From the NCBI GenBank assembly GCA_964383495.1, contig CAYLHG010000003.1:17771-81770 (forward strand): a stretch of DNA of 64,000 nt, in the 5' to 3' direction. Positions within the stretch are counted from its first letter, which is position 1. Each line of letters opens with the position of its first letter. The notes under the pieces were generated by a model. It did no database searches, was not told where the DNA came from, and saw only the letters and a program-made list of their open reading frames with translations. The translations under genes were made by a program, and so were the position numbers. This DNA is from an uncultured Gammaproteobacteria bacterium. Its GTDB lineage: Bacteria > Pseudomonadota > Gammaproteobacteria > JABCZS01. Below, in pieces: positions 60,717 through 64,000 of this stretch.

Positions 60717-61796
60717 TTATGGAATGGGGCACCCTGCCCGTTTCCCTTGAAACAACGATACCTCTTTCATAAGCTGCTCAAAATGAGAAGAGGTATCTTT
60801 GATGCAAATGAAATTAAGATCTTGTTGTTCCGATAGCAGGCCACTTAACCCCGACAGGCTTCTAGTAAATGAGTTTACTTGGTCTTGGGGGATACACAAA
60901 TCTTTTAAAGATGAAAACAGCGCAGTTTGCTCATCTTTAGGAAGCACCACAAATAATAAATCCTCGTGCATAAAAACTTTATTCACATGAAAATCTTTTA
61001 CATTTAGCATTTCTTTTAATGTGTGTTCAATCAGCAAAGAAGAAGGCGTACGATACGAACCACCCACTTTATGAGTGCTTCCTTCGCTGCTTATCTTAAA
61101 TGCAACAACCTCATTCGACAGCTCCTTACAATTGAACTGATGGAAATTAGGAGTCATGCGACCATGCGGTGAAATAAAACCTGCAGTGTGACAAAGATCG
61201 CCTAATTTTTCTATAACCTTAATTCGATTATCTCCAGAAATCTTAATGCCTAACGTTAACACAGGCGTCTCTGTCCCTGCACCAGATATATCCGGCGCAA
61301 AAGAAAATGAACATCCACTATCCTTTAGAACAGTTGCACAATACTCTCGTAATGTTAGCAGCATGAGGTTAGTTTCAAAAAACAGATCATCAAACCTTGC
61401 CGAGTCAAAGTGCCTTTTAATGGCTTCAGCGCTCACCAACATTTCTGCTGCATTTCGCGCAACGGTTGTTGAGGCGCTGGGGACAGGCGCATGCAGCTCA
61501 CTCATTTTACAACTGCTAAACAACACTTGAGCCAAATCATGCCCCAAGAAGTATGGCTCATTACCGGCGCTCCCTACCTTTTGCAAGAAGGTTGCATGAA
61601 GCTCTGACAAGCCTCCCCGGTAAACCTCGGGTAGAAAAGGCTCCGACGTAGAAGGCCACTGAATTTGGACCATACAATGGTCTTTTTGTTCGTTTTCGAT
61701 AATCAAGACCTTGACGGAATTTTTTAATGATTTAACTTGATTAATCTTATGAATAAACTCATTGATTTCTTTCTTTAGCTCTATCAACGTTGGCAT
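60717..61796 (-). CDS. Hypothetical 360-aa protein adjacent to oriC
   Basis: Start set at MPTLIELKK (ATG 61796 with GGGGGG RBS). No recognisable motifs. Confidence 0.5.
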   Translation of the reverse strand: MPTLIELKKEINEFIHKINQVKSLKNSVKVLIIENEQKDHCMVQIQWPSTSEPFLPEVYRGGLSELHATFLQKVGSAGNEPYFLGHDLAQVLFSSCKMSELHAPVPSASTTVARNAAEMLVSAEAIKRHFDSARFDDLFFETNLMLLTLREYCATVLKDSGCSFSFAPDISGAGTETPVLTLGIKISGDNRIKVIEKLGDLCHTAGFISPHGRMTPNFHQFNCKELSNEVVAFKISSEGSTHKVGGSYRTPSSLLIEHTLKEMLNVKDFHVNKVFMHEDLLFVVLPKDEQTALFSSLKDLCIPQDQVNSFTRSLSGLSGLLSEQQDLNFICIKDTSSHFEQLMKEVSLFQGKRAGCPIP

Positions 61797-61911
61797 ATTA
61801 CCCCCCTGAAAACAAACTAACCAATCTTTTGTGCATATTATCACAGCCCAGCTATAGCTTATTAAGCTTTTGAATAACTTAGCAAGTTGTTGTAAAGTAC
61901 CCTGTGTGGGC

Positions 61912-62394
61912 TGTGGATAACAACAGGTCACGCCTTGTTTATATCGAGATAAGTAGAGTTATCCACATCTTACCCCAATTAGCCCCCAAAAGAGTGATCG
62001 GTTTCTCCACAATTAAAACCGTTTTAATCTGTTGAAACATAACAAAAAAATAAACTTATCCACACAATATGCGATCCCTTATAGTAATAATATTTCTTTA
62101 TATACATATATAATATTATTGTAAATGAGCGCATACAACCCTTTTAGAACCCGAAGACATTGTCTAGCAAAAAATGGTCAGTCGAAAAATGAACGCAGTA
62201 TTTGTGTAGACAATCCATGGAACAAAATTGTTAAGTAACGAGTTATTAGATGTGCATAACCCGCCCATATTTTCCTGCCCAAGAAAACACCCACACTTAT
62301 CCACAAATGCCGATATGGCTACACCCCCTATTACCCACATCAAAGCATCGGCCTCAACTAATTAATATTAAAAGCATTAAATGGCTTATCCACA
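61912..62394. other. Putative oriC: DnaA-box cluster plus AT-rich unwinding element
   Basis: TGTGGATAA at 61912. TTATCCACA at 61959, 62056, 62297 and 62386. TTcTCCACA at 62003. AT-rich tract ~62085-62125 (tagtaataatatttctttatatacatatataatattattg). Confidence 0.7.
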
Positions 62395-62543
62395 GAAAAT
62401 GCGAAAGCTTATAAATATCATAAAGTTCTTCATATAAAATACTTAAATATATTAATCCCTGTGAAAAATCCTCAAAAAAGGCTAGCAAATCAGGAAAAGA
62501 TTCGTTAGAATGAGCACCTCAAGTTTTTAAACAGGTGTTACTC

Positions 62544-62693
62544 ATGAAAAGAACCTACCAACCTAAAAAGAAAAGACGGGCGAAAACCCATGGCTTTCGT
62601 GCACGCATGAAAACCAAAGGCGGCCGCAAGGTAATAGCTGCTCGCCGTGCTAAAGGACGTCATCGTTTGGCGCCCACCGCTTCTCGCGCGTAA
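62544..62693 (+). CDS. rpmH: 50S ribosomal protein L34
   Basis: [42 protein letters not shown]... Below the ORF-track size cutoff. Confidence 0.9.
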   Translation: MKRTYQPKKKRRAKTHGFRARMKTKGGRKVIAARRAKGRHRLAPTASRA

Positions 62694-62708
62694 CTTTAAG
62701 ACGTTACC

Positions 62709-63059
62709 TTGATGTTTCAGAAGGAAAGCCGGCTTCTTACGTCCGGCGACTTCAGCTTCGTTTTCAAGAAACCATTGAAAGTAACGGGGCAGTCATTCGA
62801 TTTGTATGTCAGGGCGAATAATCTGCCTCGAGCGCGCTTAGGGCTTGCTGTTCCCAAAAAAGCAATTAAACACGCCGTTATGCGTAACCGCGTAAAGCGA
62901 GTATTGCGCGAATACTTTCGTGCACATCAGCAGCAATTAGAAGGGTTTGATGTAGTCGTGGTGGTAAAAAAGCCTATGGGCTTAGCGCCTTATACGGAAC
63001 AGGCGCAAATTGTAGCAAGCCATTGGGAACAAATGCTGAAGCGTTTGGGAGCAAGGTAA
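62709..63059 (+). CDS. rnpA: RNase P protein component
   Basis: RNR-like basic motif VMRNRVKRVLRE. Conserved position after rpmH. Confidence 0.9.
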   Translation: MMFQKESRLLTSGDFSFVFKKPLKVTGQSFDLYVRANNLPRARLGLAVPKKAIKHAVMRNRVKRVLREYFRAHQQQLEGFDVVVVVKKPMGLAPYTEQAQIVASHWEQMLKRLGAR

Positions 63060-63060
63060 G

Positions 63061-63312
63061 ATGAGGATAATTCATCTGGCGTTTCAACAAATATTTTTAA
63101 GCTTCATTGCGATTTATCGCTATTGTATCAGCCCCCTTTTGGGGTATCATTGTCGGTTCACACCCAGCTGCTCTGAGTATGCGGCAGAGGCAGTTCGTAC
63201 GCACGGGTTACTTCGTGGGGTGATGTGGAGTATTTGGAGGGTTGTGCGTTGTCATCCTTGGGGTGGCCATGGGCATGATCCAGTTCCCTTAGACGCTAAC
63301 AGAAGAAGATGA
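63061..63312 (+). CDS. yidD: Membrane protein insertion efficiency factor YidD
   Basis: YCISPLLG...CRFTPSCSEYA...RCHPWGGHGHDPVP. Confidence 0.9.
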   Translation: MRIIHLAFQQIFLSFIAIYRYCISPLLGYHCRFTPSCSEYAAEAVRTHGLLRGVMWSIWRVVRCHPWGGHGHDPVPLDANRRR

Positions 63313-63315
63313 CGT

Positions 63316-64000
63316 ATGGATTTTCAACGTAGTTTTTTAATTGCTGGTATGGTTCTCACTGCTTTCTTATTGTGGACAAATTGGCAAGAAGAACATCCAC
63401 CAGAAGTAAAACCCGCTATAGTGGCAAGTGCTGTTGTTGATGCAGCAAATCCGTCGGCCGCTACAGGAGATGTTCCACCTGTTTCTTTATCAACGCCGGC
63501 TACTTCTTCTGGTGACACGCCACTTAACCCTGCTTCGAGTATTTCAAATGATGTTATTCATTTGAAAACAGATGTGCTGGATATGATGATTGATAAGCGC
63601 GGTGGCAATATTGTCAACGCAAAATTATTGCAATATCTCAAGACGCAAGAAAAAAACAGTCCCCCTGTTGAGATTTTGAATTCGATACCAGAGACATTGT
63701 ACATTGCTCAAAGCGGTCTTGCGGGCCCCATGGGACCAGACAGTGCACAAAATGGCCAGGCGATGTTTAACAGTGAATCAAACGAATATTTACTTGAAGA
63801 GGGTGAAAATGTATTAGTTGTTCCATTGCAATGGGAACACAACGGCGTCAAAGTGACCAAAAACTTTCGATTTGAGCGTGGAAGTTATGTAGTCGATATT
63901 GATTACGTGATTGATAACGGTGGTTCCATGCCATGGGTGGGACAATTTTATGGACAAATCAAACGTGCGGAACTAGCGCAGCCTTCTTCGGGGTTTTTGG
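63316..64000 (+). CDS. yidC: Membrane protein insertase YidC, N-terminal part; continues beyond the window
   Basis: MDFQRSFLIAGMVLTAFLLWTNWQ aligns to the E. coli YidC N-terminus, followed by a periplasmic domain. Confidence 0.9.
   Translation, partial: MDFQRSFLIAGMVLTAFLLWTNWQEEHPPEVKPAIVASAVVDAANPSAATGDVPPVSLSTPATSSGDTPLNPASSISNDVIHLKTDVLDMMIDKRGGNIVNAKLLQYLKTQEKNSPPVEILNSIPETLYIAQSGLAGPMGPDSAQNGQAMFNSESNEYLLEEGENVLVVPLQWEHNGVKVTKNFRFERGSYVVDIDYVIDNGGSMPWVGQFYGQIKRAELAQPSSGFL

Overview
This 64 kb window is the origin-proximal chromosome region of a low-GC (about 41-42%) gammaproteobacterium. Gene content and order (smg-dprA divergent from def-fmt, yidD-yidC, ZnuABC, PotFGHI) fit that class; genus not determined. 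Gene density is high and no rRNA, tRNA, CRISPR, IS or integrase is seen.

Core replication genes are on both flanks. dnaA-dnaN-recF-gyrB lie on the minus strand (51906-59427). rpmH-rnpA-yidD-yidC(partial) lie on the plus strand (62544-64000). A cluster of six DnaA boxes plus an AT-rich tract at 61912-62394 is the likely oriC. It sits upstream of rpmH and is separated from dnaA by two inserted genes. Five copies of a parS-like 16-bp palindrome (TGTTCCACGTGGAACA) cluster at 54787-56415, in the gyrB-recF spacer and inside recF. They are embedded in three degenerate ~250-bp repeat units and next to a DUF559 gene remnant.

Housekeeping genes: nhaA, yggT, topA, smg, dprA, def, fmt (no rsmB), trkA, trkH, an lpxL-family gene, tpx, gmhB, purEK, potFGHI, ogt, cytochrome b561 and a brnQ-like transporter.

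Accessory content: an AbiE-like pair, a VapBC pair, and three DUF4143 AAA+ ATPase genes (one intact, one frameshifted, one N-terminal fragment). The zinc-uptake locus is split: a His-rich polytopic membrane protein, queF and znuA form one operon, and znuC-znuB with a coupled APH-family kinase form the divergent one. An ATP-grasp (RimK-like) gene is coupled to the putrescine importer. Four divergent secreted paralogs sit in tandem beside a GH3 beta-glucosidase. Several large hypothetical proteins (722, 866, 525 and 360 aa) have no recognisable homology. The window opens with a type IVb-pilus-like lipoprotein plus lipoprotein-secretin pair, the secretin running off the edge.

The paralog array with the 866-aa P-loop protein, the His-rich zinc-locus protein and the parS/oriC architecture are the main things worth a second look.
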